From positions 1 to 51,591 of the IMG/VR virus record IMGVR_UViG_3300044820_000144: a stretch of 51,591 nucleotides of DNA. One strand, written 5' to 3'. The position numbers were made by a program, and so were the translations under genes. This document shows, in pieces, positions 26,846-36,185 of the stretch (position 1 is its first letter; every line of letters starts with the position of its first letter). Below the pieces are notes generated by a model. The model did not search any database. It was not told the origin of the DNA and was given only the letters and a program-made list of their open reading frames with translations. The stretch comes from a virus.

Positions 26846-27270
26846 ACGGCGAACCGTTGGACCACGTCGCACGACCCAGCCTGCCCTGGCGCGATGACGC
26901 CATCACCGAATGCGGCCTCAGCGACATGTCCGCGGCCAGGGTCCTGTCCCGGGCCGCCTTCGAGGACAAGGTCAAGCGGCAGGGCAAGACCCGCTCGGCG
27001 CTGACCACGTGCATGACCTGCTGGCAGACCGCCTCCCGGTGGAAGGACTGGAGCCAGGCCCCCTCGGAGGTGCTGCGCCGCGAGCTGCCGTCCTGGTCGG
27101 CCAGCCGCCAGCCCCATCCCCGGATCGACGCGGAGCTGCGCGCCATCGCCGCGCTGATCGCCGCGCACCGCGAGGAGTTCGACGACTTCCTCACCGGCCT
27201 GGCCCTCACCTCGGACCTGGAGACCCGCCGAGCCATGCGCCGGCGACGGATCGTGGGGGACCGGGCATGA
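26842..27270 (+). CDS. hypothetical protein
   Basis: GTGA coupling; TECG...CMTC. Confidence 0.6.
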   Translation: MNGEPLDHVARPSLPWRDDAITECGLSDMSAARVLSRAAFEDKVKRQGKTRSALTTCMTCWQTASRWKDWSQAPSEVLRRELPSWSASRQPHPRIDAELRAIAALIAAHREEFDDFLTGLALTSDLETRRAMRRRRIVGDRA

Positions 27271-27494
27271 ACGCCCCGAGCCGGCCCACCAGTCGGATCC
27301 TCCGGGCGGGCCTGGCGCTGGCCGTGGCCGCCTACCGGGTCACGTTCTGGGTCATCAAGGTGGCTGCCTTCCTGTTGGTCGGTGCCGCGGCGCTGGCGTG
27401 GGCGTTCGCCGCGCTGGCCACGGTCGGCCTGTACCGCACCGTCCGCGGGCGTCCCCGCGGCCTTCCTCCCCGACACGAACGGAAGCCGGCATGA
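27267..27494 (+). CDS. small membrane protein
   Basis: ATGA coupling; long hydrophobic stretch. Confidence 0.55.
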   Translation: MNAPSRPTSRILRAGLALAVAAYRVTFWVIKVAAFLLVGAAALAWAFAALATVGLYRTVRGRPRGLPPRHERKPA

Positions 27495-27778
27495 CCATGA
27501 GGCACGTACCGCCCCAGCACGTCCCGCTGCCGAAGATGCCCGTCGGGGAGCTGGTCGAGCTGATCTGCGCGGACGGGTCGGACTACCTGGACGGCGACGA
27601 CCCCGGGTACGCCCGCGGCTACTGGGACTCCGACACCGGGGAGCTGGTCCTGGACTACGAGCCGGACCTGTCGGCCGACCTGGACGAGAAGTTCAAGCCA
27701 CGGTACGGGTGGACGACTCGTCGCTTCCGCCCGTCGGATGAGCCTTCGGGAACTTCCGGGTCAAGCGCTGGGGGTTGA
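27491..27778 (+). CDS. hypothetical acidic protein
   Basis: ATGA coupling; 3' end overlaps convergent HTH gene. Confidence 0.5.
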   Translation: MTMRHVPPQHVPLPKMPVGELVELICADGSDYLDGDDPGYARGYWDSDTGELVLDYEPDLSADLDEKFKPRYGWTTRRFRPSDEPSGTSGSSAGG

Positions 27779-28004
27779 CCTGCTCCAACGTCCAGCCGGC
27801 GTCCCAGCGTCGGCCGGTCGCGATCAGCCACGTCTTCACCGACGGCCACCAGAACACCACCCCGGCGTGCAGGTCGGCGACCTCCTCGGGGAACGGGTGC
27901 TCGGTGTCGGCGTACCGGGTGCGCCACATCGCCACGGCCGGTTTCTGTACCCCCGCCCGCATCGCGATCTCCGTCAAGCCCACGAGAGGCAACTTCTTGG
28001 CCAC
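27693..28004 (-). CDS. AlpA/excisionase-like HTH DNA-binding protein
   Basis: LVGLTEIAMRAGVQKPAVAMWRTR...FPEEVADLHAGVVFWWPSVKTW; start at 28004 or 28067. Confidence 0.75.
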   Translation of the reverse strand: MAKKLPLVGLTEIAMRAGVQKPAVAMWRTRYADTEHPFPEEVADLHAGVVFWWPSVKTWLIATGRRWDAGWTLEQVNPQRLTRKFPKAHPTGGSDESSTRTVA

Positions 28005-28059
28005 CCCTAGAGCCTCGCACGACGTGCAGGCCGACCACACTGCCGCCGGGAGGTCCACC

Positions 28060-28392
28060 GTGCCCATCTTCGGCTCCGGCCTGCGCTGGGGCCCCGAACG
28101 CATGACCCTGTCCCGCCTGGACGACATCCGCCCCGGCTTCGTCCTGTGCCCCGTGGAGTGGGAGGTCGCCTACCGATCGGGGGACCGGCGGGTCGAACCC
28201 TGGGCCGTGGCCATTCATCGACCGATCACCGTCCGGGTGCTGCAGCCCGGTCACCCCACCTGGAAACTCGAGACCAAGATCAGCATCGTGTGCGGGGACG
28301 AGCGGATCCTCTACTACGCCGGCGCCCCCACCGACCTGGTCCGCATCATCATCCCCGCCCGGCATCGCACCCCCGATGTCCCTGCGACCTGA
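28060..28392 (+). CDS. hypothetical protein
   Basis: GGAGG-6nt-GTG. Confidence 0.55.
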   Translation: MPIFGSGLRWGPERMTLSRLDDIRPGFVLCPVEWEVAYRSGDRRVEPWAVAIHRPITVRVLQPGHPTWKLETKISIVCGDERILYYAGAPTDLVRIIIPARHRTPDVPAT

Positions 28393-28570
28393 CCCGTGCG
28401 GCGGGTGCGGCGGCAAGAACGTCACCTGGACCCCGGGGGAGTGGTACTGGCGCGAGCTGTGCGGCCAGGACGCCGACCAGCTGTGCCCGGTCTGCTTCAT
28501 TCAGAGAGCTGAAAACGCCGGCGTGGGCCGATACGGGCCATGGAGAGTCCTACCCCCGTCACGGGGATAA
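28376..28570 (+). CDS. small zinc-finger protein
   Basis: CGGCG...LCPVCF. Confidence 0.55.
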   Translation: MSLRPDPCGGCGGKNVTWTPGEWYWRELCGQDADQLCPVCFIQRAENAGVGRYGPWRVLPPSRG

Positions 28571-28662
28571 CCATCGGGCGCCCGGGAACTGGAGGGTTCG
28601 AGTCCCTCCCCGCCCACGCACCCATCTCTTCTTCGCCCGACTATCGGCCGAACTCAGGAGGT

Positions 28663-29169
28663 ATGGGCGTCTTCAGGAGGTCAGGCCGCATGACGCTTCG
28701 AGAGACAGCACTGGTCCAGTCGGTCGCCCTCGGGGGCGCCGATGAGGCGATCCTGCACCGGGCCCTGCAATTCGCCCGGTTCTTGCAGGGTGCAGATCCC
28801 GTCGCGTTGGCCCTGCACGTGGGGCCGGCGCGTCGTCAGAACACCACCGTCAGGACCTTCGGGTCCAGGAAAGAGGCCACCATGGCACAGCTCCACGACG
28901 ACGAGCAGTTCGACGTGAGCGTCGAGGCGAAGGACTCCAAGGGCTTCGACGTCCCGGACACCTTCACTGCCACCATCGACGACGAGTCGGTCGCCACGGT
29001 CACCAGCGGCGAGGACGGCCGCACCTTCACCGTCGTGGCCGGCAACCCCGGCTCGGCCGTCCTGACGGTCACCGACGGGACCCTCTCGGCGACCCTCGCG
29101 GTCGACGTCGTCCCCGGCTCCGTCGCGCTCATCAACCTGACCGCCGGCGAGCCGGTGCACCAGGCCTGA
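28663..29169 (+). CDS. Ig-like (Big_2-type) domain protein; alternative in-frame starts 28690 and 28882
   Basis: DDESVATVTS...TVVAGNPGSAVLTVTDG; RBS-like sequence before each start. Confidence 0.6.
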   Translation: MGVFRRSGRMTLRETALVQSVALGGADEAILHRALQFARFLQGADPVALALHVGPARRQNTTVRTFGSRKEATMAQLHDDEQFDVSVEAKDSKGFDVPDTFTATIDDESVATVTSGEDGRTFTVVAGNPGSAVLTVTDGTLSATLAVDVVPGSVALINLTAGEPVHQA

Positions 29170-29189
29170 CCTGGGCCGACCCCCCGAAT

Positions 29190-29229
29190 CAGAACCCCCG
29201 TCGCGCCCCCCGCGGCGGGGGTTCTGTTC
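29190..29229 (+). terminator. intrinsic terminator
   Basis: CAGAACCCCCG...CGGGGGTTCTG-TTC. Confidence 0.65.
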
Positions 29230-29346
29230 GTGGTCAGCCGAATGGTCAGCCGAATACCTGACTTCGACTCGACCACCGAGAGTGCCGAACTGGCGACTGT
29301 AGGTTGAGCACTGCACGGAGAATGGCCCACAGGAGAGGAACGTCCC

Positions 29347-29814
29347 ATGCGCAAGCCAACACTCGTCGCCGGCGCCGTCCTGGCTGGAGGCGTGGTGCTC
29401 GCCGCCGTCGCCACCGCCGCGGTCAGCTACGCCGACCCCACGCCCATCGGCCCGTCGCCCACCACCCTGGCCTGCCCCGCGCCCTACCGGGCCACCCGGA
29501 CGCAGATCCTCGGCACCGACGTGCTGCTGTGCGCCAAGCCCGGCCACGGCCCCGCCCCCACGGTCACCGTCACCGTGACGGCCACGCCCACCATCACCCC
29601 GACGACCCCGGCGCCCACCACGCCGACCACCACCCCGCCCACCAGCTCCACGACGCCGCCGGTGAGCACCACCAAGCTGGGCGGGACCCTGCCGACGGCG
29701 GTCCTCGGCGGCCTGTGCCGCGCCCAGGGCGAGCGGGCCGTCTCCGCGCAGGGCGTGAAGCTCGTCTGCGCGCTGGGCGCCCAGAACCGCCTGCGCTGGT
29801 TCGTCCTCTCGTAG
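29347..29814 (+). CDS. secreted protein with Pro/Thr linker
   Basis: Signal peptide, two Cys pairs separated by PT-rich linker; GAGGA RBS. Confidence 0.75.
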   Translation: MRKPTLVAGAVLAGGVVLAAVATAAVSYADPTPIGPSPTTLACPAPYRATRTQILGTDVLLCAKPGHGPAPTVTVTVTATPTITPTTPAPTTPTTTPPTSSTTPPVSTTKLGGTLPTAVLGGLCRAQGERAVSAQGVKLVCALGAQNRLRWFVLS

Positions 29815-29840
29815 CCTGAGCGGGCTACCCCATGAACCAC

Positions 29841-29925
29841 GCAGCCCCTCGGCGCGGCCGGCGCCGAGGGGCTGCGTGCTGTCCACGGTCGAGCACGAAG
29901 GCCCCGTCCGGAGACGGGGCCTTCG
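29841..29925. terminator. tandem strong hairpins
   Basis: GCAGCCCCTCGGCGC..GCGCCGAGGGGCTGC and CGAAGGCCCCGTC..GACGGGGCCTTCG. Confidence 0.55.
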
Positions 29926-30379
29926 GCGTTGCGGCTGGCCTCCCCCGCAGGCGGCTGCCGGATCAGTATGACCTACCCGCGCCGTGGTGGATGTGCAGCG
30001 GATGGTGCTGGAGGTCACTTCTGTGCGTCCTCGACACGATCGCGCATTGTCGAGTTCGTTGGATCTGTTCGTTGCACGATCACATTAATTGTCGTTGAGA
30101 CTCATGCGTTCGAACTAGACCGACCATCGGCTCAATGGCCGATCCGGCCCCGGAACGACACCCCACGGGGTGCTCGCGACCACGCGTGAGGGTCGATTCC
30201 TGCCGTGCGCGAACTGTTGGTGCGGGCCGGTGCGGATCCGTTCGGGAGAACGGCGTGACGACTGATCAGGTGAATGGTCCATACGGGATCAACGCGACCT
30301 CCCGTCGGCCACTCGTCTGGTTAGCTCCAGTCGTGCAGAAATCCGCAGAGAAGGTGCTGACGTGCCGTTCCGAAAGGCT

Positions 30380-31226
30380 ATGAGCCACGCGCCCCAGTCG
30401 CAGAGCCGCCCTGATCTCCACCGCCGCTGCGCTGGCCGGGGTGGTCGTGGTGAGTGACCGCGTCAACCAGCCGGCCCCCCGCAACCAGCTGTGGGTCTGG
30501 CAGCAGACCAACGCCGACGCCCTGGTCAAGCTCGCCGCCCGCTACCGCGTGGGCCGGCTGCTGGTCTGGGTCAGCCCGAACTTCACCCGCGACAAGGCGA
30601 CCGGCCTGTGGCTGGACCGCCTGGCCCTGTCCGCCGACCAGCGGAAGATCGCCCTCGACGCGCTGTGCGGAGACCCCGCCTGGGCGACGATGCCGTCGAT
30701 CGCCGGGATGTGGGCCCACGAGGTCGCCGGGTCCGGCCGGTTCGAGCGGATCCACCTCGACATCGAGCCGCACGCCCTGCCCAACTGGTCCGAGGCCCAC
30801 GCCGACCTGAGCAGCGGGATCGTCCAGGCCGTCGTGGCCGCCAAGCATGAGTCCGCCGGGATGCCCGTCGACGTCGACATCCCCTCCTGGTACTGGACGA
30901 TCCCCACCCTGGACCCCGCCCTGACCGCGGACCGGGCCATCCTGCAGGTCGCCGACTCGATCACGCTGATGTCCTACCAGGACAGCGCCGCCAAGACCCT
31001 GGCCATCTCCCAGCCGGAGATGACCGCCGCCGCGGACGCCGGCAAGCCCGCCTGGATCGGCGTGAACGTCATGCAGCCGTCCCCGGACGACCCCGGCAGC
31101 AGCATGTGGGGCCAGGCCCCCACCGTCATCCAGGCCTGCTTCGGCCAGGTCGACCAGGGCGGTAGCCGTCTGCCCGCCTTCGCCGGCGTCGCCATCCACG
31201 AGGCCGGGTCTCTTTCCCGCATCTGA
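30380..31226 (+). CDS. putative Tat-exported glycoside-hydrolase-like (TIM barrel) protein; +1 frameshift after codon 5
   Basis: FERIHLDIEPH, VDVDIP.W, ITLMSY, GVAIH; ATG 30380 (GAAAGG RBS) joins SRRAALIS.. only by skipping one C of CCCC 30392-30395. Confidence 0.65.
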
Positions 31227-31282
31227 ACCGCCGATCGACCGGAGAGCCGTTCGGTCGCTCCACCATGCCCCGAGGGGAAACC

Positions 31283-32419
31283 GTGAGCTTCGTCGAAACT
31301 GGAATGAGTGTCACCCCGGCCCAGCTGCTCAACCGGCCCGACACGATCGTGCACGGAGAAGCCGCCCGCCTGAAGATCCGCGGCAGCAAGGTCCTGGTCA
31401 CCGGCGCCGGAGGATCCATCGGCAGCGAGATCGTCCGCCAGGTCTACGCCCTCGGCGCGGAGCAGGTCTACCTGGTGGATCATGACGAGAACGCCCTGCA
31501 CGCCGTCCAGCTGGAACTGCACGGCCACGGCCTGCTGGAATCGGACACCACCATCCTCGCCGACATCCGCGAGGCCGCCGTGATGGACCGGGTGATGCGC
31601 ACCGTCCGCCCCGACATCGTCTTCCACGCAGCCGCCCACAAGCACCTGCCCCTGCTGGAGCGCTTCCCCGCCGAAGGGGTGCGCACCAACGTCCTGGGCA
31701 CCCGCAACGTCGTGGCCGCCGCGCTCGGCGCCGGCGTCAGCGCCCTGGTCAACATCTCCACCGACAAGGCGGCCCGCCCCACGTCGGTCCTGGGCGTCAC
31801 CAAGCGCCTGGCCGAGATGGTCGTCGCAGCCCACGCCGGCGCCGGGATGGCCGTGGCGTCGGTGCGGTTCGGGAACGTCCTGGGCTCCCACGGCTCGTTC
31901 CTGCGCTCCATGGCCTACCAGGTCGCCCGCGACCTGCCGGTCACCATCACCGACCCCGCCGTCAGCCGCTACTTCATGACCATCCCCGAGGCCGCGTCCC
32001 TGGTCGTCGAAGCCTCCACCATGGCCGTGGCCGGTGAGACCTACGTGCTGGACATGGGCGAGCCGGTCCGCATCCTCGACCTGGCCCAGCGCTACCTGCG
32101 CGCCATGGGACGCCCCGACTCCCAGTACGTCCTGACCGGGCTGCGGCCGGGGGAGAAGATGCGCGAGGAGCTGTACGACGCGTTCGAGCTGCGCCAGCCG
32201 ACCCTGCATCCGCGGATCTGGTGCGTGCGCGCCCAGGACCCGCTCGGCTCGTCCGCCGCGATCCGCCGCGCCCTGGCCCTGGCCCACGTCGACGCCGACG
32301 CCGCAGCCGAGGACGTCCGCGAGGACCTGTTCGCCCTGCTGCCCACCCCCGCGCCCGCCGGCGCCGGGATGCCCGCCGTCTCCGTGCAGACCGTCGGGGC
32401 GAAGCTGGTGCCGGCCTGA
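31283..32419 (+). CDS. nucleotide-sugar 4,6-dehydratase (Polysacc_synt_2, CapD/PglF-like SDR)
   Basis: VLVTGAGGSIGSEI, VFHAAAHKH, ISTDKA, VRFGNVLGS, RYFMTIPEA, GLRPGEK. Confidence 0.93.
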   Translation: MSFVETGMSVTPAQLLNRPDTIVHGEAARLKIRGSKVLVTGAGGSIGSEIVRQVYALGAEQVYLVDHDENALHAVQLELHGHGLLESDTTILADIREAAVMDRVMRTVRPDIVFHAAAHKHLPLLERFPAEGVRTNVLGTRNVVAAALGAGVSALVNISTDKAARPTSVLGVTKRLAEMVVAAHAGAGMAVASVRFGNVLGSHGSFLRSMAYQVARDLPVTITDPAVSRYFMTIPEAASLVVEASTMAVAGETYVLDMGEPVRILDLAQRYLRAMGRPDSQYVLTGLRPGEKMREELYDAFELRQPTLHPRIWCVRAQDPLGSSAAIRRALALAHVDADAAAEDVREDLFALLPTPAPAGAGMPAVSVQTVGAKLVPA

Positions 32420-33672
32420 TGCTGTCGCTCACCCTGCCCATCGCCAGCATGCTGGTCCTGCCGCTGGTCCTGGTGCTGCTGGACCTGTTCGGGGGCCTGC
32501 GAGCCCGGCACAAGCGCACCCTCGGCTGGGACGGCACCGTCGTGGAGGACTTCGAGGTCCTCGTGCCGATCTGGGGCTCGATTCGCTACCTGGAGAACGT
32601 CGACTACCTGTCCGCCTACGGCTCCCGGGTCGTGCTGTGTACCACGGCAAGCGAAACCCCCGAGTTCAACGCCGCCGTCGACGAGCTGGCCCGCATCCAC
32701 GGGTTCCGGGTCTTCCGCGCCGAGGCCGGCAGCATGGCCCAGAACGGAACCCGCTCCACCTCCGGGACCCTGCGCGACCGCGTCGTCCGCGACGCCCACG
32801 AGGTGCTGTCCGCCCCGTGGGTGGTGTGCATCGACGCCGACACCGTCACCGAACAGCCCCTCAGCCACCTGGTCGGCGCCATGGCCAGCCAGAACGTCGA
32901 CTTCGCCTCCGTGCGCCTGGTCCCCTCCAACGCCGACACGCTGCTGGCGCGCCTGCAGGGCCACGAGTACGCGATGGCCATGCTGCTGCGCCGCATCATG
33001 CCCTGGATGGTGTCCGGGGCCTGCCACGCCGCCCGCCGCCACGTGCACAAGCGCGTCATGGCCAAGCACTCCCTCTTCTTCCAGGGCAACGACATCGAGG
33101 TCGGCCTGCTCGCCGACCGCCTCGGCTACACGGTCGGGCACGTCCCGTTCGACGTCCCCACCACCGTCCCGGCCACCCTGAAACCCTGGCTGCGCCAGCG
33201 CCTGGCCTGGGCCGGGGGAGAGGTCCGCCTCTTCGTCGCCAACCCCCAGATCATGCTGCGGCACCCGTTCTTCTGGGCCTACGGCGCCCTCATCAGCCTC
33301 GGCGGACTCCCGCTGCGCTGGTACGGGATCGCCCACCTCGGCTGGATCCTCCCCACCATCCCCGTGCTCTACGTGGCGATCCTGTCCTACCTGCAACGCG
33401 GCCGATGGAACTGGCTGATCCTGCTGATGCCCTTCTACGCCGCCGTCTCCAGCCTCCTGCTCACCCCGATCGGCCTGGTGTACTACGTGAAGATGGCCAT
33501 CGCCGACAAGAACGCCGGCCTCATCCGCATCCGCCGCCACACCCCACGCCTGCGACCCCGCTTCCCCGCCCACCGCAAGCGGGAGCGCGAGGCCGCCGCC
33601 CGCCAACAGGCCGCCCTGGCCCGGCACGCCGCCGGCGCCCGACAGGCCGTCGGCGCCCGGACCTCCTCGTGA
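32419..33672 (+). CDS. processive GT2 family membrane glycosyltransferase
   Basis: N-terminal TM, IDADT (DxD), SGAC, GND, QRLAW (QxxRW-like), C-terminal TM helices; TGATG coupling. Confidence 0.85.
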   Translation: MLSLTLPIASMLVLPLVLVLLDLFGGLRARHKRTLGWDGTVVEDFEVLVPIWGSIRYLENVDYLSAYGSRVVLCTTASETPEFNAAVDELARIHGFRVFRAEAGSMAQNGTRSTSGTLRDRVVRDAHEVLSAPWVVCIDADTVTEQPLSHLVGAMASQNVDFASVRLVPSNADTLLARLQGHEYAMAMLLRRIMPWMVSGACHAARRHVHKRVMAKHSLFFQGNDIEVGLLADRLGYTVGHVPFDVPTTVPATLKPWLRQRLAWAGGEVRLFVANPQIMLRHPFFWAYGALISLGGLPLRWYGIAHLGWILPTIPVLYVAILSYLQRGRWNWLILLMPFYAAVSSLLLTPIGLVYYVKMAIADKNAGLIRIRRHTPRLRPRFPAHRKREREAAARQQAALARHAAGARQAVGARTSS

Positions 33673-34409
33673 TCACCAGGCGCTCCGCGCTGGGCCTGAT
33701 CGTGGTCCTCCTGGCGGTCGTGAGCGTCCTCTACCTGGACCGCACCCCGGTCTTCGACCGGCCCACCAGCGTGGCCAGAACCATCCCCACCAGCGCACCG
33801 TCCGGGCCGCCGTCCACGGCCCGGACGGTGCCGCCGAGCCCGGCACTGATGTCGGTGGCGCCGACCCCGGTGCGGGCGATCCCGTCGTGCGCGGTGCAGA
33901 TCCCGCTCAGCAGCTGGTTCGACGAGCACTCCACCGCCGTGCGGCCGGACTACATCTCCGTGCCGTCGCGGGTCAGTCCCGGTGCGCTCGGGCAGCGGGT
34001 CGTCTACTCCGGGACCGCGAAGGACACCGGCCGGGAGAAGATCGAGCTGTTCAAGACGACGGCGTGGCACAGCGTCGGTGCCGGCTGGTCGCTGACGTTC
34101 CAGGTGTGGGTGCTGGGCCGCTTCAACCACACCTACGGCATCATGGGGATCGAGGCGTTCGACGAGAAGTACGTCTACCTCTCCGAGGGCGACGTCTCGT
34201 TCACCCCGACCGATGACCCGGCCATCGTCAGCGTCCAATACGTGACCCCGCCGCGGACCTCGCACGTGGCGGTGTACATGCAGGCGCCCGAGCAGTATCC
34301 GACCTCCTCGTTCGACCTCACCCTGGACGGTCCTGTCCTGTACGCCGTGAAGGCGTCCAGGGGCCCGTCCGCGACGGATGGACGCAGCGTCCTGGACTGC
34401 CCCGCGTGA
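33669..34409 (+). CDS. membrane-anchored beta-sandwich (carbohydrate-binding-like) protein
   Basis: GTGA coupling; TM anchor, P/T/S linker, beta-rich domain. Confidence 0.6.
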   Translation: MITRRSALGLIVVLLAVVSVLYLDRTPVFDRPTSVARTIPTSAPSGPPSTARTVPPSPALMSVAPTPVRAIPSCAVQIPLSSWFDEHSTAVRPDYISVPSRVSPGALGQRVVYSGTAKDTGREKIELFKTTAWHSVGAGWSLTFQVWVLGRFNHTYGIMGIEAFDEKYVYLSEGDVSFTPTDDPAIVSVQYVTPPRTSHVAVYMQAPEQYPTSSFDLTLDGPVLYAVKASRGPSATDGRSVLDCPA

Positions 34410-34427
34410 TGTGCCGAAGGCCCCAAC

Positions 34428-34664
34428 GTGAAGCGAGCCGAGGCGCCCTGGGACGGCGCCCAAGTCGACAACCTCAACGACTTCCAGTGGATGAACATCG
34501 AGTTCCCGCCGTACACGTGCGACCGGTGTAACGGCGAGGACGAGGACCGGGCCCTGGTCGCCACCACCGACGGATGGGTGTGCCCTGGGTGCAACTACAC
34601 GCAGAACTGGGCATCGGAGTACGCGGCGAACGGCTCCTGGCGTCACTCCGGGGTGTTCTGGTGA
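34428..34664 (+). CDS. small zinc-ribbon protein
   Basis: PYTCDRC...LVATTDGWVCPGCNYTQNWA. Confidence 0.65.
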   Translation: MKRAEAPWDGAQVDNLNDFQWMNIEFPPYTCDRCNGEDEDRALVATTDGWVCPGCNYTQNWASEYAANGSWRHSGVFW

Positions 34665-34742
34665 CCCCCGTGGAGCGGTATCTTCATCTCACCCTTTCGG
34701 GTAGCCTCGGCCTCTTCGGATCGAGCCACTCGGAGGTCTTGG

Positions 34743-35096
34743 ATGTCTCAGAAGGTTCACGTGGTGCTGGTGGATGACGTGGACGGCGGCACCGCCGACG
34801 AGACGGTCACGTTCGCCTTGGACGGCGTCCAATACGAGATCGACCTATCGGCCGCCCACGCGGAAGCCTTACGGACGGCCTTGGACCCGTTCGTGGCCTG
34901 CGCTCGCCGGCTGGGTGGTCGGGGCAAGGTGGTGGCGCGGCGCGGCACCGTGCAGCCGGCGGTGACCCGCACCCGATTGGTGCCGGACAATCAGACCCTG
35001 CGGGCGTGGGCCACGTCGCAGGGTATTCCGGTGTCCCCGCGGGGCCGGATCAGCCAGGAGATCAAGGACCGTTACATGGCGGAGACCACCAGCTGA
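34743..35096 (+). CDS. lsr2: Lsr2 nucleoid-associated/xenogeneic silencer protein
   Basis: MSQKVHVVLVDDVDG, FALDGVQYEIDLS, RAWA..QG.PVSPRGRI. Confidence 0.95.
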   Translation: MSQKVHVVLVDDVDGGTADETVTFALDGVQYEIDLSAAHAEALRTALDPFVACARRLGGRGKVVARRGTVQPAVTRTRLVPDNQTLRAWATSQGIPVSPRGRISQEIKDRYMAETTS

Positions 35097-35109
35097 GGTC
35101 CTCGGGTCC

Positions 35110-35382
35110 TTACACGCCCCGGGGGGCGGGCCGCGGAATCCAGTGTTGGAGACCCTGCGGCCCGCCGGTGAAGGTGACGCACAGGGTCTCGATGGGGCCG
35201 CCGAATCCGGGGCCGTCCTGCACGAACAGGACCGTGTTCTGCATCACGATCCGGTAGCCGTCGGTCAGGCGGGGGACGATGCGCCTGACCAGCTCCTCCT
35301 GGGAGCCGTGGAACTCGTCGTCGAGGATGCGCCCGCTGGTGTCCAGGGGCACCCAGTCGTAGGTCTGCAGCCAGCTGGTCAT
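35110..35382 (-). CDS. hypothetical protein
   Basis: ATGA coupling, 90 aa. Confidence 0.5.
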   Translation of the reverse strand: MTSWLQTYDWVPLDTSGRILDDEFHGSQEELVRRIVPRLTDGYRIVMQNTVLFVQDGPGFGGPIETLCVTFTGGPQGLQHWIPRPAPRGV

Positions 35383-35660
35383 CGGGAACCTGCCTTCGGT
35401 CGAGGGCCGATCGGGGATGAGGCCGCGCGGCGGCGGTTGAGCAGCGTGAGGGAGTGGGACGACGCCAGGACGGCGATGGAGGAGAGCATCACCGTCGCGC
35501 CGGCGAGGAAGAAGTGGCGGGCGTACAGGTACTGCGCGCCGAACAGTCCGATCGCGGCGAGGATCGTCAGTGCGAGCGGGAGTCCGCGGGCCCGGGTGTT
35601 GAGGGCCAGGATGAAGAACGGTAGGCAGAGCAACATTCCGATGAAGGCAAGGAAATCCAC
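35379..35660 (-). CDS. small three-TM membrane protein
   Basis: Three hydrophobic segments, basic C terminus. Confidence 0.6.
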   Translation of the reverse strand: MDFLAFIGMLLCLPFFILALNTRARGLPLALTILAAIGLFGAQYLYARHFFLAGATVMLSSIAVLASSHSLTLLNRRRAASSPIGPRPKAGSR

Positions 35661-35817
35661 GGCCGGCCCCCTCGTGGTGAGTGGCCGGCGATGTGCCGAC
35701 CTGATTCATGCTGCCAGGGCGCACTCTTTCGGGGGCAACCTGTCGGTCGCTTGATTTGCGTCATACGCCCTGTTTCAACTACGGGCCGTGGCGCAGTGTT
35801 ACCCTCGCGCGCGTAGG

Positions 35818-36171
35818 TCAGCCGTCCTCGCCGTCGCGGGGGCGGGGGATCAGTGGGGACGGGGACACCAGGACCGACTCCACCCGCAGCGGGCGCCAGC
35901 CCATCTTGAACGTGGCCACCCGGTCGATGACGGCGTCGAACAGGTCGACGGTGGTCGCGGCCTGCAGCAGGCCGCCCTCACCGACCACGAGCCGGTACGC
36001 CTGGTGGTGGGCCGACGCCATGATCGACTGTCGCCAGTCGGCCGGGACGGTGCGCAGCTCGCGCATCGCGGTGGCCCACCGGTCCTCGCGGTCGGTGACG
36101 GCGGCGTCGAGATACTCGTCGGTGTATTCGTTGAGGACCAGATAGGTCATCTGCAGCTCGTCGCGGGTCAC
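35818..36171 (-). CDS. hypothetical protein
   Basis: GGAG RBS, 117 aa. Confidence 0.6.
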   Translation of the reverse strand: MTRDELQMTYLVLNEYTDEYLDAAVTDREDRWATAMRELRTVPADWRQSIMASAHHQAYRLVVGEGGLLQAATTVDLFDAVIDRVATFKMGWRPLRVESVLVSPSPLIPRPRDGEDG

Positions 36172-36185
36172 GGTTGTCTCCGGGG

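Noticed and set aside
35782-35812. CGGGCCGTGGCGCAG resembling a tRNA 5' end
   Set aside because: No anticodon arm, T arm or matching acceptor 3' strand follows
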